From assembly GCA_963705305.1 (NCBI GenBank), contig OY970067.1, positions 192,001 to 256,000 on the forward strand: 64,000 bases of DNA. Reading direction: 5' to 3'. Source of the stretch: an uncultured Methylomirabilota bacterium (GTDB taxonomy: Bacteria > Methylomirabilota > Methylomirabilia > Methylomirabilales > 2-02-FULL-66-22). Below the pieces are notes generated by a model. It saw only the letters and a list, made by a program, of their open reading frames with translations. It made no database searches and was not told the origin of the DNA. The position numbers and the translations under genes were made by a program. Positions 9,106 to 20,840 of this stretch are shown in pieces; position 1 is the stretch's first letter; each line of letters starts with the position of its first letter.

Positions 9106-11214
9106 TTACACGGTGGGCTTTGCGGCAAGCCCGAACCGCTTCAGCCGGGTGTGGAGCTGCGTCCGGGTGATGCCGAGGAGGGCTGCGGCCTGCGTCTTGT
9201 TGCCGCGGGTGGACTCCAGGGCGGCCAGGATGGCGCGCTGCTCCAGGGTGGCGAGGGGCTCGGGGGCCGCCTTCGCCTCTGTCGCCCCCCCATCGGGGAC
9301 GGCCGGTCGCGCCTCTTCTCCCCCACCGAGCCCCAGGTGCCTCGCCGTGAGGAGGCCCCCCTCGGTGATGATGAGCGCGCGCTCGATGGCGTTCTCGAGC
9401 TCCCGGATGTTGCCGGGCCAACGATAGGTGAGGAGGGCGTCCCGGGCGTCGGCGCTGAACCCCGGCTCTCCCTTGCCCAGACGCGCCCCCAGCTCGCGCA
9501 CGAAATGGTGCGCCAAAAGCAGGACGTCCTCCCCCCGCTCACGCAGCGGGGGCAGGTGGATGCTGAAGACGTTCAGGCGGTAGAAGAGATCCTCGCGGAA
9601 CCTCCCCTCCTGGACCGCCCGGTCCAGGTCCTGGTTGGTGGCGGTGAGGAGCCGAATATCCGCCCGCAGGGTGGCGGTCCCCCCCACGCGCTGGAACTCG
9701 TGCTCCTGGAGCACCCGGAGGAGCGCGGCCTGGACGCTGAGCGGCAGCTCGGTGACCTCATCCAGGAAGAGCGTCCCCCCGGCGGCCAGCTCGAAGCGGC
9801 CGAGCCGCTGCTTGTCGGCGCCGGTGAAAGCCCCGCGCTCGTGGCCGAACAGCTCCGACTCCACCAGCGTCTCGGGGAGGGCCGCACAGTTGAGGGCCAC
9901 GAACGGCCCCTCGGCCCGCGGGCTGCTGACGTGGATGGCGCGGGCGACCACCTCCTTCCCGGTCCCGCTCTCGCCGGTGAGGAGCACCGTGGCTTCGGTC
10001 GGCGCCACCTTGGCGGCACGGTCCAGCGCCTCCAGGATGGCGGGGGCCCGGCCGAGAATCCGGTCGAACCCATACTGCTCGCCGAGGGTCTGCCGGAGCG
10101 TGGTGATCCGCGCCTCCAGTTGGCGCGCGCGTCCCTCGACCCGGGCGCGCTGCTCGCGCTCCTCGGCCAGCCGCTGGTGCTGGAGGGCCACCACGACCTG
10201 GGCGGCAATGGCGCCGCCGATCTCGACATCCGTGGAGTCGAACCAGTTGGGCAACTGCTTCCCGAAGAACAGACAGCCGGTCACCTGGTCGCAAGACCGG
10301 AGGGGAAGGAGGAGGCCGGAGCGGTTCCCGTGCTCCAGGATGACCCGATCCCCCGGGCGGCTGGGGTCCAGTTCCGCTCGCGCGTCTCGAATGAGGACCG
10401 CCTCCCCCGCCTCGACCCGGCCGAAGAACGACAGGTGGTCCAGGGGGATCCGGTCCGGGAGGGGCGAGTCGGGATGATCGTTGCCCACCCGCCGGATGAT
10501 CTCCAGGTCCCGCCCGCTTGCTCCCACGAGCGTCACCCCCATGACGTCGAAATCCAGGTGCGGGCGCACGGCCTCCGCCAGCTGGTCGAACCGCCCTTTG
10601 ATGTTCAGGCTGGCGCCGAAGACGCTGGCGAGGTCCGAGAGGGCGGCCAGCCGACGGCGGCGGCGCTGCTCGCGGTGGAGGAGCACGACGTTCTGGATGA
10701 AGGGCGCGATGAGGTCCGCCACGTGCTGCAGCCCCTGCAGGTGCAGGTCGGTGTAGAGCCCCGGGGTATAGCTCGTCGCGGACAGCGTCCCGGTGATCCG
10801 GCCCCCGCACCGCAGGGGGACCGCCAGTCGCGAGCGGAGACCCGCCTGGCGCACCCTCGGCGGCTCGCCTCCCTTTTGGGCGAACCGGGGATCCGCCTGG
10901 ATGTCCTGAACGCGCATGGGTTCCCCTGCCAGCACGGAACTCAGGACTTGCGCATCGGGGTCGTAGTACCCGGCCGGATCGAAGTCAATGGTGTAGTGCC
11001 CCACGTGGACCAGGGGGCCCTGCCGGGCATGCTCGGCGAACACGGAGAGCCGTCCGCCCTCTTCGAGGTGGGCGATCATGAGCCGGTCGTGCGGCATCAA
11101 CCGCTGCACCGGCGCGGAGAACTCCGCCAGGAAGCGCTGAGGATCAAACGTCTCCTGCAGCGAGTGGCCGATCGCCGTCAACGAGGACAGCAGGTCGGCG
11201 AGTCCCGCGTCCAT
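9106..11214 (-). CDS. sigma54-dependent transcriptional activator with two GAF domains and Fis HTH
   Basis: [31 protein letters not shown]-terminal [12 protein letters not shown]. Confidence 0.93.
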   Translation of the reverse strand: MDAGLADLLSSLTAIGHSLQETFDPQRFLAEFSAPVQRLMPHDRLMIAHLEEGGRLSVFAEHARQGPLVHVGHYTIDFDPAGYYDPDAQVLSSVLAGEPMRVQDIQADPRFAQKGGEPPRVRQAGLRSRLAVPLRCGGRITGTLSATSYTPGLYTDLHLQGLQHVADLIAPFIQNVVLLHREQRRRRRLAALSDLASVFGASLNIKGRFDQLAEAVRPHLDFDVMGVTLVGASGRDLEIIRRVGNDHPDSPLPDRIPLDHLSFFGRVEAGEAVLIRDARAELDPSRPGDRVILEHGNRSGLLLPLRSCDQVTGCLFFGKQLPNWFDSTDVEIGGAIAAQVVVALQHQRLAEEREQRARVEGRARQLEARITTLRQTLGEQYGFDRILGRAPAILEALDRAAKVAPTEATVLLTGESGTGKEVVARAIHVSSPRAEGPFVALNCAALPETLVESELFGHERGAFTGADKQRLGRFELAAGGTLFLDEVTELPLSVQAALLRVLQEHEFQRVGGTATLRADIRLLTATNQDLDRAVQEGRFREDLFYRLNVFSIHLPPLRERGEDVLLLAHHFVRELGARLGKGEPGFSADARDALLTYRWPGNIRELENAIERALIITEGGLLTARHLGLGGGEEARPAVPDGGATEAKAAPEPLATLEQRAILAALESTRGNKTQAAALLGITRTQLHTRLKRFGLAAKPTV

Positions 11215-11703
11215 TCGACCTCCTGATCGATCCCCCTCATGCTCCACGGACGAACCTCTCGTCGTTCCCGCCAGGCCGTCTCGAACGATCCTGGAGCCCC
11301 ACTCTCGGGGAAGCCCCCGGGAAGCCGGCGCCCCCTGTCACCGCCCCTCTCGGTCGGCGCCTGAAGGACGACCGACGTGATCATAGGGAGGGACCGGCGC
11401 GAAGTCAATTCGCGCATCCGTGGAGAAGCTCTGGACGGGGGGCGGGCTGGCTGCTTGACGCCCCAACCTCCTCGTGCTAGCGTTCGCGCCGACGTTGGAT
11501 CCCCGTCGATCATCCGTTGTTGGATGGGGGTTTCCGGCCCGGGTTCGAGTGGCCCGGGGCTCCGGCGTCCGGGCCCTGGGCCCTGCCAGGCATGCGCAGG
11601 CTCCACCCTCCGATCGGGTGGAGGCAGTCTGGTGGTGAGCGCGCGGCGCCGCGCTCTGTTGTGTTCGTCAAGGGAGGTCAGCCATCCTCCCGAGGAGGTC
11701 TCC

Positions 11704-12168
11704 ATGCCGAAGAAGCCGACCCCGGCCGATGCCGAACTGATCCTCAAGCTCTACGATCTGCGCCGCGAGGCGGAGATCCGCAAGGCGCGCAACTGGTGGC
11801 TGGTGAGTTTCTGGCCCGAGAACGCCGACGACTTCATGAAGGTCGTCCAGGCGATGGGCACGCAGGAAAACAACTGGCTGCGCCAGGTGATCGGCTACTG
11901 GGACCTGGCCGCGTCCCTCGTCCTGCACGGCACCCTGAACGAGACACTCTTCCTGGAGCCGGCCTTCAGCGGCGAGATGTTCCTTATCTTCGCCAAGCTC
12001 CGTCCCTTCCTGAAGGACGTGCGTGAGAAGATGCAGAACCCGCGCCTACTGGCAAACGTCGAGGCCGTCATCAAGAAGTCCAAGGCCAGCCAGGAGCGGT
12101 TGAAGTTCGTCGAGCAGCGCGTCGCCGCCCGGCGCCAGCAGATGAAGGAGGTTGCCGCCCGGGCGTAG
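11704..12168 (+). CDS. conserved hypothetical protein (DUF4760-like)
   Basis: GAGGAGG SD; DAELILKLYDLRRE...R.AR.W motif. Confidence 0.7.
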   Translation: MPKKPTPADAELILKLYDLRREAEIRKARNWWLVSFWPENADDFMKVVQAMGTQENNWLRQVIGYWDLAASLVLHGTLNETLFLEPAFSGEMFLIFAKLRPFLKDVREKMQNPRLLANVEAVIKKSKASQERLKFVEQRVAARRQQMKEVAARA

Positions 12169-12563
12169 CCGCCCGTCGGCACGGACCGCGCGTCTTTCTT
12201 CCGTTTCCAAGGCCGCCGGGTGCGCCACCCGGCGGCCTCACCCTGTCGTGCCCCCCTGCTCCCGGAACGCTGGGGGTGTAGAGACGGGGGCAGCCAGCCC
12301 GGCACGAAAAGAGCAATTCTTGTCAAAAGGTCCCCTTGTATATCCGGGAATTCGGCTCGGAGTACGCTGATTCGGGCGTTTTTGAGCGTGCGACCCGGGG
12401 GCACGTCTGGTTCCTCGAAAAGCTGGGCTCGGGTCACCTGGAGGCGAGCCCGATCGGCGTGAGAGCTCGGGCGACAGCCATTTTCTTAGCGGGCAGATTG
12501 AGGCCATTCGGGCAGCAACGTGCCCCCTCGCCAGCCTGTCGGATGGCGAGGGGGCGACGCGGA

Positions 12564-13922
12564 CTACGCACCATAGACTCGCCGCAGCTGGTCGGCACCC
12601 CAGTTGATTGCGGCAGTGGCATCGCCGGATTGCACGGCGCGGGCAAAGGTATCGATGATGAGGTACTTCGAGTAGACGAGCGACGCCTTGTCATTGGCCG
12701 GTCCCGCGTAGCCGAGGTCGCGGCCGTATTTCGAAATCTCGCGGAACACCGACATCTTCGGATCCTTGTCCCACATCGGGTCCTTGGCGAGCTTGATGAC
12801 GGGTTGGATCTGATAGCCTTCCTGCAGCCGCCACCACGCCACGTACTGCTCATCCTGGAACCACCACCGCAAGAACTCCTTGGCGGCGGGGATGTTCTTC
12901 GAGCTCTTGAGGATGGCAAACGTCCGGGTACCCAGCCAGTAGAACCGGCCGGTCGGCCCCTTCGGGATCAGCATGTGGTTCATGTCGTTCGCAATGGCCG
13001 GTTGGTCTCTCTTCGCGACATAATAGATGCTCGAGCCGTTCTGGGTCGCGGCGATCTGCCCCGCCAGGAAGGCCCGATTGTTGCTGCTGTCGTCCCAGGA
13101 GGTGCCGGTCTCGTCGTAGCCGTCCTTCCAGGCCTGAATGAATCGCTTCATCCCGTCCACGAACTCCGGCTTGTTGAAGAGGACGGTCTTCCCCTCCTTG
13201 TCCACCTCCATGGCCCCGTGGCTCCACATGTAGGGATAGCAGAAGTTCGTGGGGTCCCCGGTGCTGTGGCCCAACGCCTGCCCGAAGGGGTGCCCGGCCG
13301 CTTTGCACTTCTTGGCCACGGCGTGATATTCCTCCCAGGTCATGTCCAGCTTCCGGCCGTCTTCGGCGTTGGCCACACCGGCGTCCTTGAACCAGCTGAT
13401 CCGATAATTCATGGTGGTATTGGATTGTCCGTGGGGAATGCCGAGGTACCGACCGCTGACGCGGGCCGAATTCAAGACGTAGGCCTCGAAACCGCCGTTT
13501 CGCTTGCCGAATTCCTCGGCCTCGGTAGTGAGATCCACGAGGCTGTCTCGGTACAGGAAATTCCAGGAGGGCCACAGTTCCACGATGTCTACGCCGCCGG
13601 TCTGGACGGCGACGGCGATCTTTGGCTGCAGATCGGGCCAGTTCAGGAAATCGGCCGCGACCTCGACGCCCTGGGCTTTGCCCCATTCGACGGCTTGCCG
13701 CTTGTACAGATCCTGAGCCGCAGCGAGGAAGTACGTCCCTTGGAGAATGGTGAGCTTGGTCCCCCGAATCGCAGCCGGCGCTTGGCCGAAGCTTGTGCGC
13801 GGGGAGACACTCGAAGTCGCGACGCCCAGGCCGGCGAGTCCGGCCGTCTTGAGCAGTTGCCGCCGCGTCATGCCTGTGCGTGGCCCCTGATTGGCCGTGG
13901 GTTTCCGGTGTCCCAACATCAT
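12564..13922 (-). CDS. Tat-exported carbohydrate ABC substrate-binding protein (no permeases adjacent)
   Basis: TRRQLLK twin-arginine signal; WDDSSNNRAFLAGQIA family-1 SBP motif. Confidence 0.85.
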   Translation of the reverse strand: MMLGHRKPTANQGPRTGMTRRQLLKTAGLAGLGVATSSVSPRTSFGQAPAAIRGTKLTILQGTYFLAAAQDLYKRQAVEWGKAQGVEVAADFLNWPDLQPKIAVAVQTGGVDIVELWPSWNFLYRDSLVDLTTEAEEFGKRNGGFEAYVLNSARVSGRYLGIPHGQSNTTMNYRISWFKDAGVANAEDGRKLDMTWEEYHAVAKKCKAAGHPFGQALGHSTGDPTNFCYPYMWSHGAMEVDKEGKTVLFNKPEFVDGMKRFIQAWKDGYDETGTSWDDSSNNRAFLAGQIAATQNGSSIYYVAKRDQPAIANDMNHMLIPKGPTGRFYWLGTRTFAILKSSKNIPAAKEFLRWWFQDEQYVAWWRLQEGYQIQPVIKLAKDPMWDKDPKMSVFREISKYGRDLGYAGPANDKASLVYSKYLIIDTFARAVQSGDATAAINWGADQLRRVYGA

Positions 13923-14137
13923 GTTATCCTCCTCTTAGGTGCCCCGTGGTGGATGAGTGACGCTCCATGTGCACGTTTCCGGTACGTGAATTCAGGATAC
14001 CCCGTGTCAATTGGGCTTCCCTGCCGGTGCATCCGCAGCGCCGGCCGAGGGCAGCCCGCCGGCCATGGCCCGACACACCGGACAGAGCAGCCCCAATCAT
14101 CTCTTCATCGCGCACCTCCGTTTCTGGACGGCCCGCA

Positions 14138-15487
14138 TCAATTTCGGCTCACTTGCGTGGGCGGTATCACGGCTTCCTGGAGCTGCCGCAGATGATAGAG
14201 CATCGTGTCGGTCTTGAGCTGCACCATGTCGTATGTGATCACCTGGTCCCGCTTGGCGGGCTTGACGAGCTTGGCCCCGTCGAGCAGTCCGAGTGGCACG
14301 CACCCTTCCTGCTTCGCGATGCAGGCCAGGTCATTTACACCATAGAGGGTAAACCCGCCGCCGCCATCGAGGGTGGTGCCGGGGGCAAGGGCGGATTTGG
14401 CGGCCCCCAGCACCTCGGCCAGGAGTCCGTGATGGGGCACGACGGTCGGCTCCTTGTCCTCGACCGCCCAGACGATCGAGAGGGGAATTTCGTTTGTGAC
14501 GAGATGGTAGGGGGTATGGAACGTGTAGTACTCGCCGGTATGGACCACGTCGAAGTACCCGAGGTCCTGCTGAATCTGGGGATGCGCGGCCCGGACGACC
14601 ACAAAAACGCCGGGCGTCACGCTGCGCAGGAAATCGATTGAACCGTCCGCGTGCTTCAGCGGGCGCGCATAGTCCACTACCCCGCGGTTCTTGAGGATGC
14701 CGCCCTCCTTTTTCAGGCGGAAGAAATTGGCCATCTCGTAGATGCCCGCCTGTGGACCGTGCATCCCCCGCACGTCGGGGATCAGGCCGGTCGCGTTGGC
14801 AATGCACGACATTTCGATCGCCGTCTTGGTGGCGTCGCGAAAGGTCACCAGGAAATGGGGGTTGACCTTGAGCTGCTTGGCCTCTTCGGCGAGCGTCTCC
14901 GGCGTGCAGTACAGGTCCATCTTGCCCAGGCTGGCAGGGGTCTTGCCTACCGCCACGATTTCGAACCCCAGCCCACCCCAGCGGTCCACCAGCTCCGTAA
15001 TCAGCCCTGGCTCATCGCCGCTCGACACGGAGTACACGACGCCGGCGGCTTGCGCCATCTGATGGAGGATCGGGCCGATCACGACGTCGGACTCGACGTT
15101 CAACATGATGATGTGTTTGCGGCCCTGAATACAGCGATACGCCACCGCCGCCCCGACTTCTGGCACGCCGGTGCCTTCTACGACGCAGTCCACCTCGAGC
15201 GCGGGCATCAGGTTGCAGTCCCGGGTCACGACCGGCCTCCCGCCTCGGAGGGCGTCGTTGATCGTCCCCACATCTTCTGAAAACACGATGTCGTCGCGCT
15301 TATACCCGTTGATCTCGTAGGCCCGGACGGCGGCCTCTGGCCGGACATCACAGATTACGGCATTGCTCATCCCCTTCATCTGGGCCGTCTGGCAGATGGC
15401 CCCCGTAATCATGCGGCCTGCACCGACCCAGCCAACCTTGATCGGATTCCCTGCCGATTCTCGTTTCAAGAGCTTGCGCGAAATCAT
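14138..15487 (-). CDS. COG4091 homoserine-dehydrogenase-like NAD(P)-dependent oxidoreductase with C-terminal SAF domain
   Basis: VGWVGAG Rossmann motif, NVESDVVIGPIL, GDEPG, D.TKTAIEM..IANATG, PYHL, SAF tail. Confidence 0.85.
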   Translation of the reverse strand: MISRKLLKRESAGNPIKVGWVGAGRMITGAICQTAQMKGMSNAVICDVRPEAAVRAYEINGYKRDDIVFSEDVGTINDALRGGRPVVTRDCNLMPALEVDCVVEGTGVPEVGAAVAYRCIQGRKHIIMLNVESDVVIGPILHQMAQAAGVVYSVSSGDEPGLITELVDRWGGLGFEIVAVGKTPASLGKMDLYCTPETLAEEAKQLKVNPHFLVTFRDATKTAIEMSCIANATGLIPDVRGMHGPQAGIYEMANFFRLKKEGGILKNRGVVDYARPLKHADGSIDFLRSVTPGVFVVVRAAHPQIQQDLGYFDVVHTGEYYTFHTPYHLVTNEIPLSIVWAVEDKEPTVVPHHGLLAEVLGAAKSALAPGTTLDGGGGFTLYGVNDLACIAKQEGCVPLGLLDGAKLVKPAKRDQVITYDMVQLKTDTMLYHLRQLQEAVIPPTQVSRN

Positions 15488-16311
15488 GACTCCTCCTCTG
15501 TGCCTTCAAAGGGGTATGGGCGCGTGACGGGCTGCGCCCTCTTGGTGCGTCTTGAGAGACGGGGGTTGGTCGGCCGGGACCGGCTTCCATTCCGAGGCCC
15601 CTCTGGAATTTTCGCCTGGTGCTCCTCGGCGTCCGCTTGGCCAGCCAACCGCTCACGCGATCGGCGGAGATGGACCCGCATCGCCGCCTCACTCGCGTCG
15701 GGGTCTCGCTTCCGGAGGGCGGCCAAAATACTCCAGTGCTCCCTGACCGTCTCGGCCGGGGGGCGCGCAAGACCCATTTGATAGGTAAAGATCATGAGGT
15801 TGACCGACTCCATGGCGTGCGTAAGGTAGGCGTTGTCGGCCAACGCGAGCAACCGGAGATGGAAAGCGCGGTCCTCTTCGATATACCGCTCCAATGCCCG
15901 TCCATGTGGAGTCAGATCGAGGGACCGGAACTTCGCGGCAATCCGATCCACCTCGTCCCGGCTGATGCGGGTGGCGGAGCGCCGGGCCGCCAGTCCTTCA
16001 AGCATTTCCCGGACCTCGAAAAGAAGGGCAAGCTCCCGGGTCGTGAATTGCTTGACGTAGACCCCTCGTCGGAGCACCCACTCAACGACGCGCTCCTGCC
16101 GCAGGCGCTTGAGCGCATTTACCACAGGCGTGCGGCTGACACCGAGGTTCCGGGCAATACGATCCATGTTGATCCGCTCACCGGGCAGGATGCGCCGCTC
16201 GGCGATCATCAACCGGATACGCGTGTAGATCGTGTCGTCCAGATTCTCGCGTTCGATGAACTGATCCAGGGGGTTGGGCGGGGAACTCGCGGGGGCACTC
16301 ACGAGCGGCAC
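15484..16311 (-). CDS. GntR family regulator (FCD domain)
   Basis: LGVSRTPVVNALKRL wHTH; D.AFH...EH..IL.AL. Confidence 0.9.
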   Translation of the reverse strand: MPLVSAPASSPPNPLDQFIERENLDDTIYTRIRLMIAERRILPGERINMDRIARNLGVSRTPVVNALKRLRQERVVEWVLRRGVYVKQFTTRELALLFEVREMLEGLAARRSATRISRDEVDRIAAKFRSLDLTPHGRALERYIEEDRAFHLRLLALADNAYLTHAMESVNLMIFTYQMGLARPPAETVREHWSILAALRKRDPDASEAAMRVHLRRSRERLAGQADAEEHQAKIPEGPRNGSRSRPTNPRLSRRTKRAQPVTRPYPFEGTEEES

Positions 16312-16394
16312 ATGTCGAGAGAGGTCTGTAACATCTCCGCACGTCGGAACATGACCGTCTCCCTGTGAAAGGTCACATTACCCAATTCTATCCC

Positions 16395-16439
16395 ATATTA
16401 AATTTTAAATTTAATATCAAAAGACGGTTAGGATGTCAA
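16395..16439 (-). promoter_or_regulatory. gntR promoter with perfect AT palindrome over the -10 (likely operator)
   Basis: TTGACA (16439-16434), 17 bp, TATTAA; palindrome atattaaattt-t-aaatttaatat (16395-16417). Confidence 0.7.
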
Positions 16440-16814
16440 GCCCAATCCGACCCAATACTCGACGGCCGGTCCGCCTCGAAGTTGCGGATTCGGCCGTCGC
16501 GTGGTTCTCTCACACCACAGGGGAGGTCCTCACGGGGAACCCGTTCGCGCCTGTCAGATCTTGCGAAAGCTTGTCGTTAGCCCCGTCGTCATGGAACCGC
16601 TCTGGAGGTGCATGGATACGACCGGAAGGGCGAGCGAGACGTCGGCGCAGTCCTGGAAGGGGAGAAACAAATACCTTTGGTCCCGGGGATCGGGCCAACA
16701 ATGTACTGAGCCGTCCGGCCTGCCACCGGGAGGCCCCCGCCGGCGCACCCCCCGCCGCCGGAGCACCAGGAGTCTCTGGATGCAATGTTCCCTTTTCCTG
16801 ATGTGGATATGCCC

Positions 16815-17723
16815 CTATTTACCAAACTTCTCGCTGCGGGCCTCCGCGCCCGCGATCTTTTCCCACATCTTGACGAGCGCCGTGACGTTCTCCCCACCCA
16901 GACCCGTGGCTTTGGCCAGATCGAGCACGCTCAGCAGCGAGTTGACCATCGGGAGGGGGACGTTCTCCTCCCTCCCGAGCGCGCTGACATACGACACGTC
17001 CTTGTGGGCCAGGGCGAGCTGAAAGCCCACCGCGAAGTCTCCTCTGGCGATTTCGGGGACCGCCCTTTCAAACGCTCGACTGTTTCCACCGCTGACGCGG
17101 ATGACGTTGTATAGGGACTTGAGATCGACGCCGCATTTCACCACCAGGGGCAGGATCTCGGCCACGCCCGCGTTGCCGAGCTGACTCAAGAAGTTGTTCA
17201 CGAGCTTGACAATATTCCCATGGCTGACTGGTCCGACATGGAAGACGTTCTTCGCGATGGCCTGGAAGATGGGGCAGCAGCGCTCGAAAACGGCTTGATC
17301 GCCACCCACCATCAAGTTTAACTCGCCCGACCGGGCCTGGGCAGGTCGGCCGGTCATCGGGGAGTCCAGCATGGCGATCTTCCGCGCGCGCAGCCTCTCG
17401 GCCAACATCCGAGTGGAAGCGGGATAGCTCGTGCCGAGATCGATCACCACCGAGCCCTCTTTGAGATGCTCCAGGAGGCCGGGTGTCCCTAGAACCGTTG
17501 CCTCAACCTCCTTCGACGTTGGCAGCGTGAGGACCGCCACCGTGCTGGATGAGGCCACTTCGGCGAGCGAGCGGGTGGCCTTCCCCCCCGCCTGCATCAG
17601 CTCTCCGAGATCAAGCCCGTCGCGATGTGCGAATACGGTGACCGGAAATCCCTTCGTCAACAGCGTCATGATGATGCCCCGCCCCATCAACCCCGGCCCA
17701 AAGTACCCGATGTGCTCGGCCAT
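16815..17723 (-). CDS. NAD(P)-dependent beta-hydroxyacid dehydrogenase (3-hydroxyisobutyrate DH/GarR family)
   Basis: G.GLMG, DSPMTG, MVGG, KLVNN, LAHKD. Confidence 0.88.
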   Translation of the reverse strand: MAEHIGYFGPGLMGRGIIMTLLTKGFPVTVFAHRDGLDLGELMQAGGKATRSLAEVASSSTVAVLTLPTSKEVEATVLGTPGLLEHLKEGSVVIDLGTSYPASTRMLAERLRARKIAMLDSPMTGRPAQARSGELNLMVGGDQAVFERCCPIFQAIAKNVFHVGPVSHGNIVKLVNNFLSQLGNAGVAEILPLVVKCGVDLKSLYNVIRVSGGNSRAFERAVPEIARGDFAVGFQLALAHKDVSYVSALGREENVPLPMVNSLLSVLDLAKATGLGGENVTALVKMWEKIAGAEARSEKFGK

Positions 17724-18399
17724 GGCCTGCCTCCTTATAGTTTGTCGCCGCTCGCCTGACGCCTCTCACTCTCTCCGAACGCCTTGCAACGAACCGGAAG
17801 CGGAAAAGGCGATCTCACACATTCCGACGAGAATCGCCTCTCGAGTGTCCTGGGACCTTAGGATGATTACATGGCTCAATACGAGCACACTTGTTAGCAT
17901 ATTTATTCTGAAATACGTCCACTGTCTCCTATAGATCACGTCAAATATTTCTGGAGCGCACGCTTCGCTGGAACACGCAAAGGCACGCGCATTGTCTGAA
18001 GAATCGACCATTGGGGAAGTCCCAGTAAGCAGCGGAAGAGAGATGCGGTCATGAACGAGAGAGGGCTCCGGCGGGATGCGCCTAGCAAGATCTGCCTCGC
18101 AAAGAGTGAAGACTAGGCAGGCCCGCAGCTCGCGATTGTTCTTGCCAAGTGAGCTTATCAAGCAGTAAACATGTGCCATAGAGCTCGCCGCACGCGTAAT
18201 TCGATGAGCGCCCCTCGTCCGGTGGGTTGCTTTTCTCACCATGCTGAATAGCGGGAGGGGCAGCAACCGGTCCTGAATGACGAGGAGATGCACTCGGATG
18301 AGTAGGGGTGTCTCCTAAATCGTCGGCCGCCTCCTGGGATAGCCTGCATCGTCAAGGAAAAAGCCCATGAATCACAAGCTGACCAAGCGTCGGACCGGC

Positions 18400-19335
18400 A
18401 TGAAAACAAATGGAGTCACAATGCCAGCCGCGACGACCATGGATCGCATGCCGGAGAGTCGTCCGCGACACATTGTACCGCATTCCTCCGGCATCGAGGC
18501 TCCCAAGCTCACGGCACCTCCGAATGCGTGTGACTGCCATATCCACATCTACGACGAGCGCTTTCCCCCTGCCGGACCGACAGCACGGCATCAGACAAAT
18601 GCCGGCGTGGAAAGCTATCGGCTTCTGCAGAAACGAATCGGGACGACCCGGACTGTGGTCGTTACTCCCTCCTCGTATGGAACGGACAATCGGGCCACCA
18701 TCGACGCAATTTCCCAACTTGGCCTGAACACCGCACGAGGTGTGGCTGTTGTCCACCCCACTGTCACAGACGCTGAGTTAAGGAGCCTGCACGAGGCCGG
18801 CATCCGCGGTGTGCGCTTTACCTTGTTTGACCCCAAGACGGCTGCCACCACAATCGACATGATCGAACCGCTTTCCAAGCGTGTGAACGAGTTTGGTTGG
18901 CACCTGCAGATCCACATGCGGAGCGATCAAATTGTTGAGGCGGCTGACCTACTGTGGCGCCTCTCCTCGCCGCTAGTGTTCGACCACATGGGGCGCCTCC
19001 CGCAGCCGATTGGCATCGGCCACCCTGCCTTCGGGGTGCTCTGCCGGCTCATCGACAAGGGGCAGACTTGGGTCAAGTTGTCGAGTATTTATCAAGACAG
19101 CACGGTCGGCCCGCCGACCTACGCGGATGCGAGCAGGGTTGCCCGCTCTTACATCAACATCGCCCCGCAGAGGATGGTGTGGGGGAGCGATTGGCCGCAC
19201 CCTACCGAGACGGAAAAGCCGGACGACGCCTTGCTTTTCGACCTGCTGGCGACGTGGGCGCCTGACGATGCAACCCGCCATCGCATTCTTGTCGAAAACC
19301 CGGAAGTTCTTTATGGCTTTCCACCGCCGAGCTGA
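18400..19335 (+). CDS. amidohydrolase family lactonase/isomerase (LigI-like)
   Basis: ACDCHIHIY, YGTDN, RGVRF, FDHMG, WGSDWPH; start uncertain (18367-18448). Confidence 0.85.
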   Translation: MKTNGVTMPAATTMDRMPESRPRHIVPHSSGIEAPKLTAPPNACDCHIHIYDERFPPAGPTARHQTNAGVESYRLLQKRIGTTRTVVVTPSSYGTDNRATIDAISQLGLNTARGVAVVHPTVTDAELRSLHEAGIRGVRFTLFDPKTAATTIDMIEPLSKRVNEFGWHLQIHMRSDQIVEAADLLWRLSSPLVFDHMGRLPQPIGIGHPAFGVLCRLIDKGQTWVKLSSIYQDSTVGPPTYADASRVARSYINIAPQRMVWGSDWPHPTETEKPDDALLFDLLATWAPDDATRHRILVENPEVLYGFPPPS

Positions 19336-19895
19336 CATACTCGGCCCGAGCCGAGGACGGCGCCGTTTGGGTTCTAATCCGGTGCAGCCCTGGATCCACG
19401 TCCCATAGAACACTGCAACAAATTCTGCGTTGAGACCCTGAACGATAGGACGTCGTTGACGGAGTGGAACAACCCTCGTAGCGTTTCCTCTGATCGGACG
19501 GAGAGACCCTCTGTGTGGGCGGTGTGCGCTGGTAGCCCAGGCCAGCCCCTGCATGGCCCACAGGGGGACGGGTCTGCTCCCCAGGCGGTGGCTCCGGGGC
19601 CCAGCACCCTCACCGAAGGAAATGGCCATCCGATCCCCTGGGTCTTCCATAGGTGGGGGCCACACTCTGCTTTCCTGCTCCCTTCGCGCCCCGGGTTATG
19701 GGACCTCGCGACTGGGAGGGCTTTCAGCCGGGGCTCCAAGAGTCCCCGCCTACTCCACATGCCCACTCGGTCGTCGCCGGGGCGTAAATCCTCTTGCGCC
19801 AGAAGCACAGTGAGATCTTGCCACAGCCGGGAGGTCTTTGCCTAGCGCTGGCAGATCCTCCACCCGGCCTTCTTCCCCGACAGTTCTTGTCCAGT

Positions 19896-20684
19896 TCACC
19901 CGGCTAGCTCATAGCCATATTCCTTGATCCAGCCGAGGGAGCTCAGGGTGTCGGGGGCAGGTTCGTACTCCAATCCAACAAACTCCCTGTAGCCGAGCTT
20001 GTCCATCTCGCTGAAGAGGAACGGGTAGTTGATCTCGCCGGTCCCCGGCTGATGCCGCCCGGGGGTGTCCGCAACGTGAATGTGATCGATTTGTGCGATG
20101 TGCTCACGCAGGATCTGGGCGAGATTCCCCTCTGTTCGTTGCGCGTGGTAGAGGTCATACTGAACGTAGAGATTTGGCCGTTTTGCTTCGGCGATCACAT
20201 CGAGCACATCCTGCACGCGGTTGAGGAAGAAGCTCGGGATGGTGTAGCGATTCACATGCTCGATGACCACCTTGGCCCCGATTTCGCCCAGGGCATCCGC
20301 CGCGAACCGAAGGTTCTCAATCATAGTCGCACAATGCTGCTCCGGGCTAAATCCTGGCGTCATCTTGCCTGCCATGCAGTTTACGCGAGGAACGCCGAGG
20401 ATCTTTGCGTAGGAAATCGCGATCTTGACGCCCGCACGGAACTCCCCCACCCGGTCCGGAATGGCAGCGATGCCACGGTCTTTTGGCCAGTTGCCGCTGG
20501 GCAGGATGAAAAGAACAGCCCGAAGACCGTTCGCCTCTAACAATCCCTTGAGCTCTTCCGCCGGATATTCATAGGGGAGGAGGAACTCAACCTGCTTGAA
20601 GCCGGCCTGCCTGGCGGCAGCGAACCGGTCCGTGAACGGGACCTCCGTAAACAGCCACCCGAGATTAGCCGCAAACTTTGGCAT
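19896..20684 (-). CDS. hyi: hydroxypyruvate isomerase family (Hyi/OtnI)
   Basis: MPKFAANL, DLYHAQ..EG, AD.PGRHQPGTGEINY. Confidence 0.88.
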   Translation of the reverse strand: MPKFAANLGWLFTEVPFTDRFAAARQAGFKQVEFLLPYEYPAEELKGLLEANGLRAVLFILPSGNWPKDRGIAAIPDRVGEFRAGVKIAISYAKILGVPRVNCMAGKMTPGFSPEQHCATMIENLRFAADALGEIGAKVVIEHVNRYTIPSFFLNRVQDVLDVIAEAKRPNLYVQYDLYHAQRTEGNLAQILREHIAQIDHIHVADTPGRHQPGTGEINYPFLFSEMDKLGYREFVGLEYEPAPDTLSSLGWIKEYGYELAG

Positions 20685-20840
20685 GGAGCGCTTTCCTCCC
20701 TACCAGGGTGGGTGCCATGGCCTCAATTGATGGCCCCAGCCGCCTAGTGCGAGGCAGAAAGGAGCCATAGGGTCGGGAACCAGATCGCGTTCTCGTAGGT
20801 CACAGCGAGCACAGTTGTTGCTTTCTTCAGTGAAGGCACA

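Noticed and set aside
12300..12316. GG-N10-GC sigma54-like site
   Set aside because: Poor -12 context and no plus-strand gene downstream.
16460..16525. RPVRLEVADS.. resembling another Y1 transposase N-terminus upstream of the outlying element end
   Set aside because: No start codon and no H...RG motif; too short to call.
17766..18293. 175-aa ORF in a lower-GC spacer
   Set aside because: No recognisable motif or codon bias; treated as intergenic or decayed DNA.
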